A stretch of DNA of 64,000 nucleotides from Candidatus Bathyarchaeota archaeon (GCA_050053595.1 JASFTK010000001.1:25842-89841), one strand, 5' to 3'; positions 37,633 through 47,781 are shown, counted from the first letter of the stretch. Numbers and translations are program-made. The notes: generated from the letters alone by a model not told the origin.

Positions 37633-37729
37633 CCCTATTTCAGGGTTAGAACAGACGAACCGGCTGAAACAACTAGATATATATGTCGGTCCCCTTACAA
37701 ATTGAGTGCATTAGAAAAAGGGATGGAAT

Positions 37730-38185
37730 ATGACTACCGTCTACGACGTACCCGCCGATGCCCTCATCGAGAGGCTCTCAGTCTACCTTAAGGGCAACTT
37801 CCAAGAACTCACGCCTCCCGAGTGGGCAGACTATGTCAAGACCGGGCCTCATGTCGAGAGGGCCCCCCAGAACCCCGACTGGTGGTACGTCAGGGCGTCC
37901 TCCATGATGAGAAAGCTCTACACGCGGGGGCCTCTCGGGGTCTCTAGGCTCCGTAAAGCCTATGGAGGCCGTAGGCGGAGAGGCGTTAAACCCGCTCATT
38001 TCAGGAAAGCTGGTGGCAATATCATCAGGACCCTCCTGCAGCAGTTGGAGAAGGTAGAGTTAGTCGAGAAGGATGGTATCAAGGGCAGGATGGTCAGCGC
38101 GAAGGGGAGGAGCCTTCTCGATGCTATGTCGGGTCAGATAAAGCGGGAGATGGACAGAGAGGACCCGGAGTTTAAGAAGTACTGA
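37730..38185 (+). CDS. rps19e: 30S ribosomal protein S19e
   Basis: Similarity to the S19e family across the ORF. A TATA-like agatatatat lies about 45 nt upstream. Confidence 0.9.
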   Translation: MTTVYDVPADALIERLSVYLKGNFQELTPPEWADYVKTGPHVERAPQNPDWWYVRASSMMRKLYTRGPLGVSRLRKAYGGRRRRGVKPAHFRKAGGNIIRTLLQQLEKVELVEKDGIKGRMVSAKGRSLLDAMSGQIKREMDREDPEFKKY

Positions 38186-38186
38186 G

Positions 38187-38534
38187 GTGGTGGGAGTGTC
38201 TAGAGACGAGGAACTGGAAAAGCTTAAACAGCGCAGGTTGAGGGAGCTGCAGAGCCAGCAGCAACAGCAAGAGGAGCTCCAGAGGGCTCAGCTTGAGGCT
38301 GAGGCAAAGAAGGAAGCACTCCTCAGACAGATCCTCACCCCTGAAGCCCGTCAGAGGCTCACCAACATAAGCATGGTCCGCCCTGACTTTGGATCCCAAC
38401 TTGAGGTCCAACTCATCCAGGTAGCCCAGAGTGGCAGGTTGAACCTACCGATCGATGACAAAGCGCTCAAACGATTGTTAGCCCAGATCCAAGCCCGGCA
38501 GAGCAAGAGGGATATAAAGATAACTAGGAGATAG
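38187..38534 (+). CDS. PDCD5/TFAR19-like dsDNA-binding protein
   Basis: [17 protein letters not shown] is the DUF296/PDCD5 signature. The gene keeps its conserved archaeal position after S19e. Confidence 0.8.
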   Translation: MVGVSRDEELEKLKQRRLRELQSQQQQQEELQRAQLEAEAKKEALLRQILTPEARQRLTNISMVRPDFGSQLEVQLIQVAQSGRLNLPIDDKALKRLLAQIQARQSKRDIKITRR

Positions 38535-38538
38535 ATGT

Positions 38539-38697
38539 ATGGCGAGAAACAAGAACCTAGCTTTCAAACTCCGCCTCAACAAGGCGGGTAAACAGAACAA
38601 ATCCGTGCCCGCATGGATTATAGCCAAAACCCAGGGCGAGGTCCGCTGGAGCCCTAAGAGCAGAAGGCACTGGCGGCGCTCCAAGCTGAAGGTCTAG
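38539..38697 (+). CDS. rpl39e: 50S ribosomal protein L39e
   Basis: The 52-aa product [52 protein letters not shown] is not in the ORF track. Confidence 0.85.
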   Translation: MARNKNLAFKLRLNKAGKQNKSVPAWIIAKTQGEVRWSPKSRRHWRRSKLKV

Positions 38698-38709
38698 GAG
38701 GGGAGGGCG

Positions 38710-38973
38710 TTGTCAGCAGAGGAACGGATCTACACCGTCCCCCTCGGGAGGGCATGGGTGGCTCCCCCCTACAAGAGGGCGGACAGAGCCATATCGCTGC
38801 TCCGTAAGTTCGTCCAGCGCCATATGAAGCCAGAGGGAGTTATTATCGACCCCAGCGTCAATGAGGTCATATGGGCTAAGGGTATTAGGAAACCCCCAAG
38901 GAAGCTCAGGATAGTGCTCTCTAAAGACGACGAGGGCATTGTCACGGTCTTCCTAGCGGAGGCTGAGGAGTGA
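38710..38973 (+). CDS. rpl31e: 50S ribosomal protein L31e
   Basis: L31e family similarity (VIWAKGIRKPPRKLRI). Confidence 0.9.
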   Translation: MSAEERIYTVPLGRAWVAPPYKRADRAISLLRKFVQRHMKPEGVIIDPSVNEVIWAKGIRKPPRKLRIVLSKDDEGIVTVFLAEAEE

Positions 38974-39179
38974 GCGCGACCAAAACCTTCAGGGTCTCAG
39001 GGCGTATAGACAAGCCCGGTTTATTCGATCCCATCACATTCAACAAGGAGATTGCAGCGGTGAAGAAAGCCCACGCATTAGAGAAGATTTACGCAGAGAT
39101 GGGCAGCCGCCACAGGGCGCAGAGACATCAGATCACCATCATATCAGTCGAGGAATTTGAGAGCATGGAGGAGTCCTGA
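38970..39179 (+). CDS. rplX: 50S ribosomal protein LX (L20A)
   Basis: 69 aa. TFRVSGRIDK...EKIYAEMGSRHRAQRHQITIISV matches the LX family, and the gene sits in the conserved L31e-LX-pfdA position. Confidence 0.7.
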   Translation: MSATKTFRVSGRIDKPGLFDPITFNKEIAAVKKAHALEKIYAEMGSRHRAQRHQITIISVEEFESMEES

Positions 39180-39181
39180 CC

Positions 39182-39625
39182 TTGGCCGGGTCGAGCCGTG
39201 AGGAGCAGTTCCGCAAACTGGTCTATGAACTACAGATGATGCAGGGCTCCGCTGAGACGCTCCAGCAGAGACTCGGGATTCTCCAGAACGCCCTCTCTGA
39301 CCTGAACATCGCGAAGGAGTCCATTGAGGCTCTCAAAGAGGTCGAGGAAGGGGACTCGATCCTCGTCCCTATGGGCGGAGGCGCCTTGGTCAACGCAAGA
39401 CTTGGGGACCTGAGCAATATCATGGTGAACATAGGGGCTGAAGTCTCCATCGAGATGGGCCTAGAGGAGGCGGAGGAGAATATCTCAAGCCGCCTAGAGG
39501 ACACCGACAAGGCCAGCCAATCAGTCCAGATGCAACTTCAGCAGATCCTCAGTCAGATGGAGCGCCACAGGAATACCATCAACAGGATAAGTGAAGCCCT
39601 CCAGGGGGCGGAGGCCGGTGTTTGA
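39182..39625 (+). CDS. pfdA: prefoldin subunit alpha
   Basis: Coiled coil, beta-hairpin (ILVPMGGGALV), coiled coil. Confidence 0.85.
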   Translation: MAGSSREEQFRKLVYELQMMQGSAETLQQRLGILQNALSDLNIAKESIEALKEVEEGDSILVPMGGGALVNARLGDLSNIMVNIGAEVSIEMGLEEAEENISSRLEDTDKASQSVQMQLQQILSQMERHRNTINRISEALQGAEAGV

Positions 39626-40529
39626 GAAGCTCAGACAGGGCCTCCGAGGCGTAGTCGACAGGATCTCCAAGAGTGATCTCGACGAGAAGGACCTCGAACC
39701 TATTCTATGGGATCTCCAGCTCCAACTCATCTCTAACGACGTTGCCATGGAGGTCGCCGCCAAGGTCTCAGAAGACCTCAAGGAACGCCTAGCGGGCACA
39801 GCGGTGACCCGGTTCTCAGACAAGACAGGCCCCATCAGGGTAGCCCTGAAGGAGAGCATCGAAACGGTCATGGCCACGGATAAGCAGCCGGAACTGGTCG
39901 ATCTTGTCTCGGCCAAGAGAAGCCTTGGGGAGCCTTATGTCATCCTCTTCATAGGTATCAACGGTACGGGGAAGACCACCACCATCGCCAAGATTGCCCA
40001 CCTGCTACTGGGGGAGGGCTACAAGGTTGTACTGGCGTCTGGGGACACCTATCGGGCGGGGGCAATAGAGCAGCTGGAGGAACATGGACGCCGCCTCGGG
40101 GTCAGGGTGATAAAACACAGGTACGGCTCAGACGCCGCGGCGGTGAGCTTTGACGCGGTCCAGCATGCAAGAGCTCAGGGTATCGATGTCGTCCTCATTG
40201 ACACTGCGGGCCGGATGCAGACTAACAGGAACCTCATGGATGAGCTGAGTAAGATCAAGAGGGTGGTCCAGCCTGACCTTACCCTGATGGTGTTGGATAG
40301 CCTCATCGGGAATGACGCCGTCGAGCAAGCCCAGACCTTCAACGAGCGGGTTGGATTCGACGCCGCGATACTGACCAAGGTAGATGCCGACGCCAAAGGG
40401 GGTTCCAGCCTCAGCGTAGCCTATCTCACCGGGAAGCCCGTCATCTACGTCGGCGTTGGCCAAGAATACCCAGACCTTCAGCCTTTCAGGTCTTCGTGGT
40501 TCGCCGAGAAAATTATAGGCGATACATAA
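39618..40529 (+). CDS. ftsY: signal recognition particle receptor FtsY
   Basis: An NG domain with GINGTGKTTT, DTAGR and TKVD motifs. GTG start at 39618, overlapping the pfdA stop. Confidence 0.9.
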   Translation: MFEKLRQGLRGVVDRISKSDLDEKDLEPILWDLQLQLISNDVAMEVAAKVSEDLKERLAGTAVTRFSDKTGPIRVALKESIETVMATDKQPELVDLVSAKRSLGEPYVILFIGINGTGKTTTIAKIAHLLLGEGYKVVLASGDTYRAGAIEQLEEHGRRLGVRVIKHRYGSDAAAVSFDAVQHARAQGIDVVLIDTAGRMQTNRNLMDELSKIKRVVQPDLTLMVLDSLIGNDAVEQAQTFNERVGFDAAILTKVDADAKGGSSLSVAYLTGKPVIYVGVGQEYPDLQPFRSSWFAEKIIGDT

Positions 40530-40563
40530 AGGATTTAAGGCCGCTCTCAGTATGTGCGCTAAG

Positions 40564-40740
40564 ATGGGTCTGGGCAGCTTCTTTCAATCGGCATCCCGCC
40601 TTATTAGGACTCTCAGTAGACCTGATTGGAAGACCTACTCCCTCAGCCTCAAGATCGTCTTCGTCGGGGTCGCTATCCTAGGTGCCATCGGTTATTTGAT
40701 CAGGCTGTTATCTGCAACGATCCAGGGCATACCCGCCTGA
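40564..40740 (+). CDS. secE: preprotein translocase subunit SecE/Sec61-gamma
   Basis: About 58 aa with a KPDWKTY amphipathic region then a single TM helix. It sits in the conserved post-ftsY position. Confidence 0.7.
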   Translation: MGLGSFFQSASRLIRTLSRPDWKTYSLSLKIVFVGVAILGAIGYLIRLLSATIQGIPA

Positions 40741-41127
40741 TACCCTTCTCACAGATCAGAGGACTGCTGGTTCTCCGGTTCTCTGTCATAGGGATAGAGC
40801 ACATAGAAGACCAACATTAGAACAATTACAGCGACTACGCCTATACCGAGTATATACTCAAACTCTAAGAACGCCAATGCAGGATCCAACTCGTAGCCTC
40901 CAGACTAGATAACTCCACAAGTTGAGCATTAAAACCTTCCCCCGCGTTCGGGGATACGAATAAGGTTTTTCAACCTCTGAAAGACTGGGGTTATGATGAA
41001 CCTAAGGCCGCCCTCAGGTCAAGGTTTTCATAGAGATGTTTAGAAAGAAGAGGGGGTCATTAGGAGCTTAAGGTTAACTGTGTAGCGGTTCGCCAAGCAG
41101 TTGGGTCGTGGAGTGGTTTGACGGATA

Positions 41128-41691
41128 ATGAATGAGAGGAAGCGGAGGGTGGCGTGGGGGATTACGGGGGCAGGGGATCTACTCAAGGAGACTCTTGAGG
41201 TCATGGAGGGACTCAAAGAGGAATACGGGGGATCTGTGGACATCGAAGTCTATCTGTCCAAGGCTGCCGATCAGGTTACCCGGTTCTACAGGGTCAACGA
41301 GGGGCTCAGGTCAACTTTCAGTAAGGTCATGGTAGAGAGAGATGCGAACACCCCTTTCATCACGGGAGCCCTCCAGTTAGGGCGTTTCGAGTTTCTCCTC
41401 ATCGCCCCTGCGACGAGCAACACTGTCGCAAAGCTCGCTCACGGTATCTCCGACACGATGCTCACTAACGGGGCGATCCAGGCCCTCAAAGCCTATGTCC
41501 CTGTCTACATCATGCCTGTCGACTACCGGGTTGGCACCGTCATCACCACCCTGCCCAGCGGGAAGAAGCTGGAGCTCAGAGCGCGGAAGGAAGATGTTGA
41601 GAACGTGAACAAGATCGATGCGATGGACGGGGTCACCACTTTCGAGAAACCTGAGGAGATCGAGCGTATTTTCCGTGAGAGTTTCGGATAA
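41128..41691 (+). CDS. archaeoflavoprotein AfpA-like flavoprotein (PPC decarboxylase fold)
   Basis: WGITGAGD...IAPATSNTVAKLAHGISDT matches the flavoprotein family PF02441. Confidence 0.7.
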   Translation: MNERKRRVAWGITGAGDLLKETLEVMEGLKEEYGGSVDIEVYLSKAADQVTRFYRVNEGLRSTFSKVMVERDANTPFITGALQLGRFEFLLIAPATSNTVAKLAHGISDTMLTNGAIQALKAYVPVYIMPVDYRVGTVITTLPSGKKLELRARKEDVENVNKIDAMDGVTTFEKPEEIERIFRESFG

Positions 41692-41696
41692 CGCGA

Positions 41697-42890
41697 TTAG
41701 GCCTCTTCCTCTTTCCTCATGATAGCGATGGCGGGTAGGGCTGGGACATTGATGGCAGCGAGGATCAGGAAGATGGTGGAGAAGGGGAGGCTCTCCCCCA
41801 CGAGGCCCACCATGGCGCTCCCCAGGGTCGCCCCCAACCCCCAGATACTGGAGAGATAGGACATCGCCATCGTCTTAATCTCAGGGGTGACCGTGTTCGC
41901 TAGGGTAGCCCACTCAGTCACCGCCCGGGTCCCCCAGCACACCCCGAAAAGTAACAGGGCTAATACCAAGGGAACTACCCCCGTCGCATACGCCACCGAG
42001 ACGTAGACCATTATGAGGGTGGCAAAGGCCCCAATCAATATCTTTCTAGGGCCTACCCTGTCGGCGACTCTACCCGCCGGTAACTTGATGAAGGCATTGG
42101 AGAACCCGACCAAAGAGAACAGGAGGGAGGCAAAAGAGGGGGTGAAACCCAGCTCCTGGACAACGTAGACCGCGAAGAGGCTTGTGAAGACGGTGTTGGT
42201 CATCGAGAATGCAGCCCTGATAAAGGTCAGGACCAGGACGTTCTTGTTCCTCAGTATGACCTTCAGCGTAGAGAACGTCCCCAGCTTCTCTTGGGGATAA
42301 TCTTTCTCAGAGGAGTTCCCTCCACTCTCTTCTGGCCTATGGATAAGGAAGAGAGCAAGGCCGGTTGCGGGAAAGACGGCAGTAACGAGGTAGAGTTGCC
42401 TGTAGCTTATATAATTCACTAGGGCACTTGCGATGAACGGGCCGACGAACATCCCCATTGACATGAATGTCATATATCTACCCATAGCATCCCCCTGCCT
42501 CCTTGCAGGGGCCATGTTGGATGCTGCTGACATGGCGAGTTGATTGTAGGAGCCGCCAGCGATGATCATATAGAAAGGGATTATGTACAGCCAAGTTGGG
42601 TTGGGGACGAAGGCGTATAGGAGGGGTGTGGTTATCTGCACGATGAAAGCGATAAGGAACATCTTATTGTGCCCTATCCTGTCGGCGACCATGGTTAGAG
42701 GGATCTTCATCACTATCATCAGTATGGACTGTATTGCGAGGAATATCCCCACCTCCGCCAAGGAGCCCCCTATCTCAAGGACATAGAGGGTGAAGATGGG
42801 TCGAGTGGTGAACCTTGAGAGCTGGAACAGAAAGGAGGCCACTGAGATTACATAGAAACCTAAGGAGAAACCACTCGCTTTCTGCTCCAA
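41697..42890 (-). CDS. MFS transporter
   Basis: A 397-aa 12-TM protein. Confidence 0.8.
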   Translation of the reverse strand: MEQKASGFSLGFYVISVASFLFQLSRFTTRPIFTLYVLEIGGSLAEVGIFLAIQSILMIVMKIPLTMVADRIGHNKMFLIAFIVQITTPLLYAFVPNPTWLYIIPFYMIIAGGSYNQLAMSAASNMAPARRQGDAMGRYMTFMSMGMFVGPFIASALVNYISYRQLYLVTAVFPATGLALFLIHRPEESGGNSSEKDYPQEKLGTFSTLKVILRNKNVLVLTFIRAAFSMTNTVFTSLFAVYVVQELGFTPSFASLLFSLVGFSNAFIKLPAGRVADRVGPRKILIGAFATLIMVYVSVAYATGVVPLVLALLLFGVCWGTRAVTEWATLANTVTPEIKTMAMSYLSSIWGLGATLGSAMVGLVGESLPFSTIFLILAAINVPALPAIAIMRKEEEA

Positions 42891-43071
42891 AATCGTCCAA
42901 CTCTATTACTCTCCCGTGATTTTGTTGGAGATTGATAAAGGTTTTCACTAATAAGTGCATAATAGACGCTGCAACGGGAAACATAGAAAGAGTGAAAAAC
43001 GTCGCTGTCTGTCGCTGGGAAATATATATAACCGCGCGCTCGACTTCTACGGTGAAACCGGACGTGGTATA

Positions 43072-43536
43072 ATGTCCGAACAGAAGCCCCGAACCCAGCT
43101 CTACGCAGTAAAGGTGACCATGGGTCAAGAGAAGAACGTAGCCAAGATGCTCGCAGACAAGACGAGGGTAGAAGGCATCCCCATCGTGGCTATCCTCTCC
43201 CCCGTCGAGCTGAGGGGCTATGTCATAGTTGAAGCAGCCGCGCCCCATGCAGTGGACGAGCTCATCAGGGGGATGAGGCACACCCGGTCTAGGGTGCAGG
43301 GTCTCGTCAACCCCTCAGAGGTGGAGCACTATCTCGAAACCAAGTCCGTCGTTGAGGGCTTGGAGGAGGGGGCTCTGGTAGAGGTCATCGCCGGTCCATT
43401 CAAGGGGATGGAGGCCAAGATCGTGAGGGTCGACGAATCGAAGGAGGAAGTCACAGTCGAGATCCTTGAAGCCGCCTTCACTCTCCCCATAACTGTCCAT
43501 GCTGACTATGTCCGGGAGGTAAAAGGAAGGTCATAG
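43072..43536 (+). CDS. spt5: transcription elongation factor Spt5 (NusG homolog)
   Basis: An NGN domain plus a KOW motif (ALVEVIAGPFKGMEAKIV). The track's N-terminal extension is rejected. A TATA-like aatatatata lies 40 nt upstream. Confidence 0.85.
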   Translation: MSEQKPRTQLYAVKVTMGQEKNVAKMLADKTRVEGIPIVAILSPVELRGYVIVEAAAPHAVDELIRGMRHTRSRVQGLVNPSEVEHYLETKSVVEGLEEGALVEVIAGPFKGMEAKIVRVDESKEEVTVEILEAAFTLPITVHADYVREVKGRS

Positions 43537-43537
43537 A

Positions 43538-44026
43538 ATGGTAGAGAAGACATTCAACTTTATCGTCAACGGCGGCGAGGCGAGCGGAGGCCCCCCCATA
43601 GGACCAGCCCTAGGCCCCCTCGGCGTCAATATCATGCAGATTGTCGCTAAGATCAACGAGGAGACCGCGGACTACAAAGGGGTCCCCATCCCCGTCGATG
43701 TCACCATAGACACCGACACCAAGGAGTTCGAGGTCAAGACTGGGATGCTGTCCACCTTCGCCCTGATCACCCAGTTCCTCGAGGTATCAAAAGGCTCATC
43801 GACCCCGAACGTTGACTACATCGGTGATCTAACCATCGACCAGGTCGTGGACATCGCCAAGAAGAAGTGGGATGGCCTATTCGCGGTCTCCCTTAAATCA
43901 GCCGTTAAAGAGATAGTGGGGAGCTGTCAGAGTATGGGTGTCACCATTGAGGGTCAACACGCCAAAACAGTCCAAGAGATGATATCTACAGGGGTTTATG
44001 ACTCCAAACTGGCTGAGACCGAGTAA
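43538..44026 (+). CDS. rpl11: 50S ribosomal protein L11
   Basis: GGEASGGPPIGPALGPLGVN matches the L11 family. Confidence 0.9.
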   Translation: MVEKTFNFIVNGGEASGGPPIGPALGPLGVNIMQIVAKINEETADYKGVPIPVDVTIDTDTKEFEVKTGMLSTFALITQFLEVSKGSSTPNVDYIGDLTIDQVVDIAKKKWDGLFAVSLKSAVKEIVGSCQSMGVTIEGQHAKTVQEMISTGVYDSKLAETE

Positions 44027-44068
44027 AGTTTTATAGTCTGTCTATGGTGAAGACAAGGGGAATTTGAT

Positions 44069-44713
44069 ATGTCGGTCCGGAAGGACGAGATAATGGACTT
44101 CCTCGCGAAGGCGAGGGAGATAGCCCCTCCCAGGGGCTTCGAGCAGTCCGTTGACCTGACCGTCAACTTCAGGGACATCGATATGAGGCAGCCCGCCAAC
44201 AGGGTAAACCTCAGGATCCAGGTGCCCCACGGGGTCGGCGGCCAGAAGGTACTGGTGTTCGCACAGGGGGACCTAGCACTCAGAGCCCGTAGAGCTGGCG
44301 CAGACCGGGTGGTCGAGCCCGCTGAGCTCGACGAGATGGCTTCCGACAAGAAGGAGGCGAAGAATATACTCAAGGACTACGATGTTTTCGTCGCCGAAGC
44401 GCCTCTGATGCCCACGGTGGGCAGGGTCGCGGGCCCAATCCTGGGCCCCAAGGGGAAGATGCCTACCCCGGTGCCCCCCCAGGCGCCCATCGACGCTATC
44501 TTGGAGAGGGAGCGTCGGACGGTGATCCTGAGGAGCAGGGAGAGGCTGTTCGTGAAATGTAAGGTGGGTCAGGAGTCGATGTCTGACGAGGAGCTTGCCG
44601 ATAATGTTGAGACGGTACTCAACAGTCTTCTTGACACCCTGAAGCGGGGGCGGAATAATATTAACTCAGTCTATCTGAAGCTTACCATGGGTCCAGCGAT
44701 CAGGATGGTGTGA
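44069..44713 (+). CDS. rpl1: 50S ribosomal protein L1
   Basis: Similarity to the L1 family runs across the ORF. Confidence 0.9.
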   Translation: MSVRKDEIMDFLAKAREIAPPRGFEQSVDLTVNFRDIDMRQPANRVNLRIQVPHGVGGQKVLVFAQGDLALRARRAGADRVVEPAELDEMASDKKEAKNILKDYDVFVAEAPLMPTVGRVAGPILGPKGKMPTPVPPQAPIDAILERERRTVILRSRERLFVKCKVGQESMSDEELADNVETVLNSLLDTLKRGRNNINSVYLKLTMGPAIRMV

Positions 44714-44716
44714 TAG

Positions 44717-45574
44717 TTGTCGCAGGTATCCGATGAGAAGATCGAGATCGTCGACGCCACGGCGAAGCTGCTTGATGAATACAAGCTCATAGGCGCAGCC
44801 GATTTGAACAAGGTGGGGAGCGAGATGCTCCAAGATCTCAGGAAGCAACTCAGGGGTCAGGTGCTCCTCAGGGGTATAAAGAACACCCTTATGCGTATCG
44901 CGATGGACAAAGCCAACTTTGAAGACACTGAGGATTTCCTAGAACTCATCAAGGGCCAGAACATCTACATATTCTCCAATGGCAATCCCTTCCGCCTCGC
45001 GATGGCCCTCCACAAGAACAAGGCCAGGGTATTCTCAAAGACAGGGGACATAGCCATAGAAGATGTAATGATCCCAGCGGGGAACACCGGCCTCAGCCCC
45101 GGACCCATCATCAGCAAATTTGGGTCTCTCGGGATCAGGACCCGCATAGAGGCCGGGAACATCTGGGTCGTCAACGACACCGAGGTCGCTAAGGCGGGGG
45201 ATGAGATCTCTGAGGATCTCGCTGATCTTCTCGCCCGTCTGGGGATCAGGGCATCAGAGATGGGTCTTGAGATTAAGGCCGTCTACGAGGATGGGGTGAT
45301 AATCCCCCGGGAGGATCTCCTCATCGATATTGAGACGTACCTGGATAGGCTCACCAAGGCTTTCAGTGGCGCATATCAGGTAGCCCTTAAGGCTTCTTAC
45401 GCCACCCCAGTCACCATCAAGCCCCTCCTCTCCAGGGCAGCCCAAGACGCGAAGAAGGTCGCCATGGAGGCCGCTTGGATGACGCCGGAGACCGCCTCCG
45501 AGATAATAGCCCAAGCGAATGCAAAGGCCGTGAACCTCGCCAAGGCAGTTGGTAGGGCTCAGGCCGACCTCTAG
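44717..45574 (+). CDS. rpl10: 50S ribosomal stalk protein P0 (L10)
   Basis: L10/P0 family similarity. TTG start. Confidence 0.85.
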   Translation: MSQVSDEKIEIVDATAKLLDEYKLIGAADLNKVGSEMLQDLRKQLRGQVLLRGIKNTLMRIAMDKANFEDTEDFLELIKGQNIYIFSNGNPFRLAMALHKNKARVFSKTGDIAIEDVMIPAGNTGLSPGPIISKFGSLGIRTRIEAGNIWVVNDTEVAKAGDEISEDLADLLARLGIRASEMGLEIKAVYEDGVIIPREDLLIDIETYLDRLTKAFSGAYQVALKASYATPVTIKPLLSRAAQDAKKVAMEAAWMTPETASEIIAQANAKAVNLAKAVGRAQADL

Positions 45575-45610
45575 CCCGTATACTCCATGCTGGGGTACAA
45601 TCTACTGACG

Positions 45611-45620
45611 GGTATTTTTT
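45611..45620 (+). terminator. oligo-T tract after the L11-L1-P0 operon
   Basis: ggtatttttt immediately follows the P0 stop codon. Confidence 0.4.
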
Positions 45621-45664
45621 AGGGGGTTACCCATTCGGGGGTTCATGGTCTGATAACGTCGGAG

Positions 45665-45671
45665 TTTATAA
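45665..45671 (+). promoter_or_regulatory. TATA box (tttataa) for aIF-1A
   Basis: It lies 34 nt upstream of ATG 45705. Confidence 0.45.
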
Positions 45672-45704
45672 GGGGCCGCATGATTTTGTAGCCTGATCAG
45701 GTAT

Positions 45705-46016
45705 ATGGGTAAGAAGCTGGTGAAGAGCGAGAGCGACATCCGGAGGAGCATGCTTATGCCTAATAAGAATGATATCCTTGGCATCGTAGACAAGAATCTA
45801 GGATTCACCAGGATGAGGGTCGTCTGCCAGGATGGTCATAGGAGGATGTGCCGGGTCCGTGGTAAGATGAAGAAGAGGAACTGGGTCCGGGAGAGGGATG
45901 TTGTATTGGTCTCGCCTTGGGAGTTCGCTTGGGAGCGGAAGGGGGATATCATCTTCCGTTATACGGCCAACCAGGCCCACTGGCTCAGGGAGAAAGGCTA
46001 CCTCACTATAGGCTGA
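45705..46016 (+). CDS. eif1a: translation initiation factor aIF-1A
   Basis: An S1-like OB fold (ILGIVDKNLGFTRMRVVCQDGHRRMCRVRGKMKKRNWV). Confidence 0.9.
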   Translation: MGKKLVKSESDIRRSMLMPNKNDILGIVDKNLGFTRMRVVCQDGHRRMCRVRGKMKKRNWVRERDVVLVSPWEFAWERKGDIIFRYTANQAHWLREKGYLTIG

Positions 46017-46118
46017 GGACAAGGGTAGCTCACCTCAGTGGGCTGCATAGTAATAACTGGATTTTTTCCCACAGTAGACATGAGGCCGGTTGCACCGGCA
46101 GTATGTTCTCCCTGAGGG

Positions 46119-46718
46119 TCACATCCTGAAGGGCGCTCTCAACCCCTTCTCGACCAGTTTCCTCACCACTGCTGCCTTCAACTCCCCCACGCCTTCACCC
46201 GTCCTCCCGCTTACGGGATACATGGCTATCTCCGTCCCTGGGGGGATCATGCCCACTATACTCTCAAAGGTCTCATTTAGGAGGGGTTGGGGGTCTCCCC
46301 TGATCTTATCTATCTTGTTTGCAGCGATCACCAGGGCGTCCTGTGTGTTCTCCGTGATGAACTGGATCATCTCCAGGTCGATGGGTATGAAACCCTTCCT
46401 CTCCAGCCTCCTAGAGACTTCCCGGAACGTCGATACATCCAGAACGTGCACCGCTACGGCGATGTCTCTCCCCCGGGTCTCGATGAAGTCGATTATCTCG
46501 TCCTTAATCCTGCCCTCCTGTCTCTTAGGAGCTCCCGAGATCCTGCCGTATCCCGGCATGTCCACCAGAGAGAGGTGCTTCCCCACCTGATAGGTCAAGA
46601 TCCTCCTGGTTGTCCCGGGTCGCTTCCCCGATCTGGTCTTTATCCCGGTCATCAGCCGTATGATGGTGCTCTTCCCTGAGTTGGGCCTACCAGTGAAGAC
46701 TAGCAGTCTCTCGCTCAT
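46119..46718 (-). CDS. EngB/YihA-like GTP-binding protein
   Basis: G1 GRPNSGKST, G3 DMPG and G4 NKID motifs. Confidence 0.75.
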   Translation of the reverse strand: MSERLLVFTGRPNSGKSTIIRLMTGIKTRSGKRPGTTRRILTYQVGKHLSLVDMPGYGRISGAPKRQEGRIKDEIIDFIETRGRDIAVAVHVLDVSTFREVSRRLERKGFIPIDLEMIQFITENTQDALVIAANKIDKIRGDPQPLLNETFESIVGMIPPGTEIAMYPVSGRTGEGVGELKAAVVRKLVEKGLRAPFRM

Positions 46719-46930
46719 ATCAGAGTATTATGGGGACCGTCCTTAGTTATCTTATCCGTTCACCGACCCCATGAACGCCCCACCTAGCCTCAGGGGGTTC
46801 TCAAAGAATCCCCCTATCGCGCTGGTGGGTGATGCCCGACATCGGGGATTATAGGGTGAAAACCTTTATACGCCCAGACGTTTTCACAGTTTACGCATTC
46901 CGGAACCCGGACCTACAAGGTGAAAGATAA

Positions 46931-47362
46931 ATGAGCGAGCTGAACAGGGCGGTCATCAACGCCGAAGGCCTAATCCTAGGGAGGATGGCGAGCGTCGTGG
47001 CCAAGAGGCTCCTCGAGGGGGCGTACATAGACATAGTTAACGCGGAAGGCGCAGTGGTCTCGGGTAAGCGGAAGATGGTCATCAACGAGAGGAAGGAGTT
47101 CCTAGAGGTTGGAGGGCCTACCAAGGGACCTTTCCACTACAGGAAGCCCAACGCCATCGTCAGGAGGACCATACGGGGGATGCTACCCCACAGGAAGCCC
47201 CGCGGCCGGGACGCCTACGGAAGACTCAAGGTCCACATCGGGATCCCACGGGAGTTTGAAGGAGCCGAAGCCGAGAGCATCGAGAGCGCCAAGGTCGATA
47301 GGCTCAAAGGGCGGTATGTCACCGTGGGCGAGATAGCAGAGAACATAGGTTGGAAGGTTTAG
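46931..47362 (+). CDS. rpl13: 50S ribosomal protein L13
   Basis: Similarity to the L13 family across the ORF. Confidence 0.9.
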   Translation: MSELNRAVINAEGLILGRMASVVAKRLLEGAYIDIVNAEGAVVSGKRKMVINERKEFLEVGGPTKGPFHYRKPNAIVRRTIRGMLPHRKPRGRDAYGRLKVHIGIPREFEGAEAESIESAKVDRLKGRYVTVGEIAENIGWKV

Positions 47363-47363
47363 T

Positions 47364-47774
47364 ATGCCGTCGAAGAAAAAAGCGCAGCTCACCGTTGGAA
47401 AGAGAAAGACATCCAAGGCAAGGGTCGTCATCGCTCCGGGGAAGGGACGTATCAGGGTCAACAACAAGCCGATCTCATTATATCAGCCCCTTATAGCAAG
47501 GGAGAAGATACTGGAGTCCATCTGGATCGCCGGGGACGTTGTGGACGACATCGATATCAGCGCCAAGGTCCACGGTGGAGGTTTCATGAGCCAGGCTGAA
47601 GCCGTCAGGATGGGAGTCGCCCAGGGCCTTGTCAAGTGGACTAGGAGCAAGAGACTGAGGAAGACCTACATCGATTATGACAGGACCATGCTGGCAGGGG
47701 ACGCCCGCCGCAAGGAACCCAAGAAGTTCGGTGGACCAGGCGCCCGGAGCAAGAAGCAGAAGAGCTACAGGTGA
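47364..47774 (+). CDS. rps9: 30S ribosomal protein S9
   Basis: S9 family with the C-terminal KKQKSYR. Confidence 0.9.
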   Translation: MPSKKKAQLTVGKRKTSKARVVIAPGKGRIRVNNKPISLYQPLIAREKILESIWIAGDVVDDIDISAKVHGGGFMSQAEAVRMGVAQGLVKWTRSKRLRKTYIDYDRTMLAGDARRKEPKKFGGPGARSKKQKSYR

Positions 47775-47781
47775 TATCCCC

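Noticed and set aside
42955-43071. 39-aa N-terminal extension on the Spt5 ORF
   Set aside because: The Spt5 NGN domain begins at MSEQKPRTQLYAV (ATG 43072), which has a TATA-like element 40 nt upstream.
46021-46060. tRNA-like D-arm string gggtagctca in the eIF1A-EngB spacer
   Set aside because: No acceptor stem, anticodon arm or T-loop (GTTCRANYC) can be built around it. It looks like a terminator-region hairpin (ctgagg...cctcag) followed by a T-tract.
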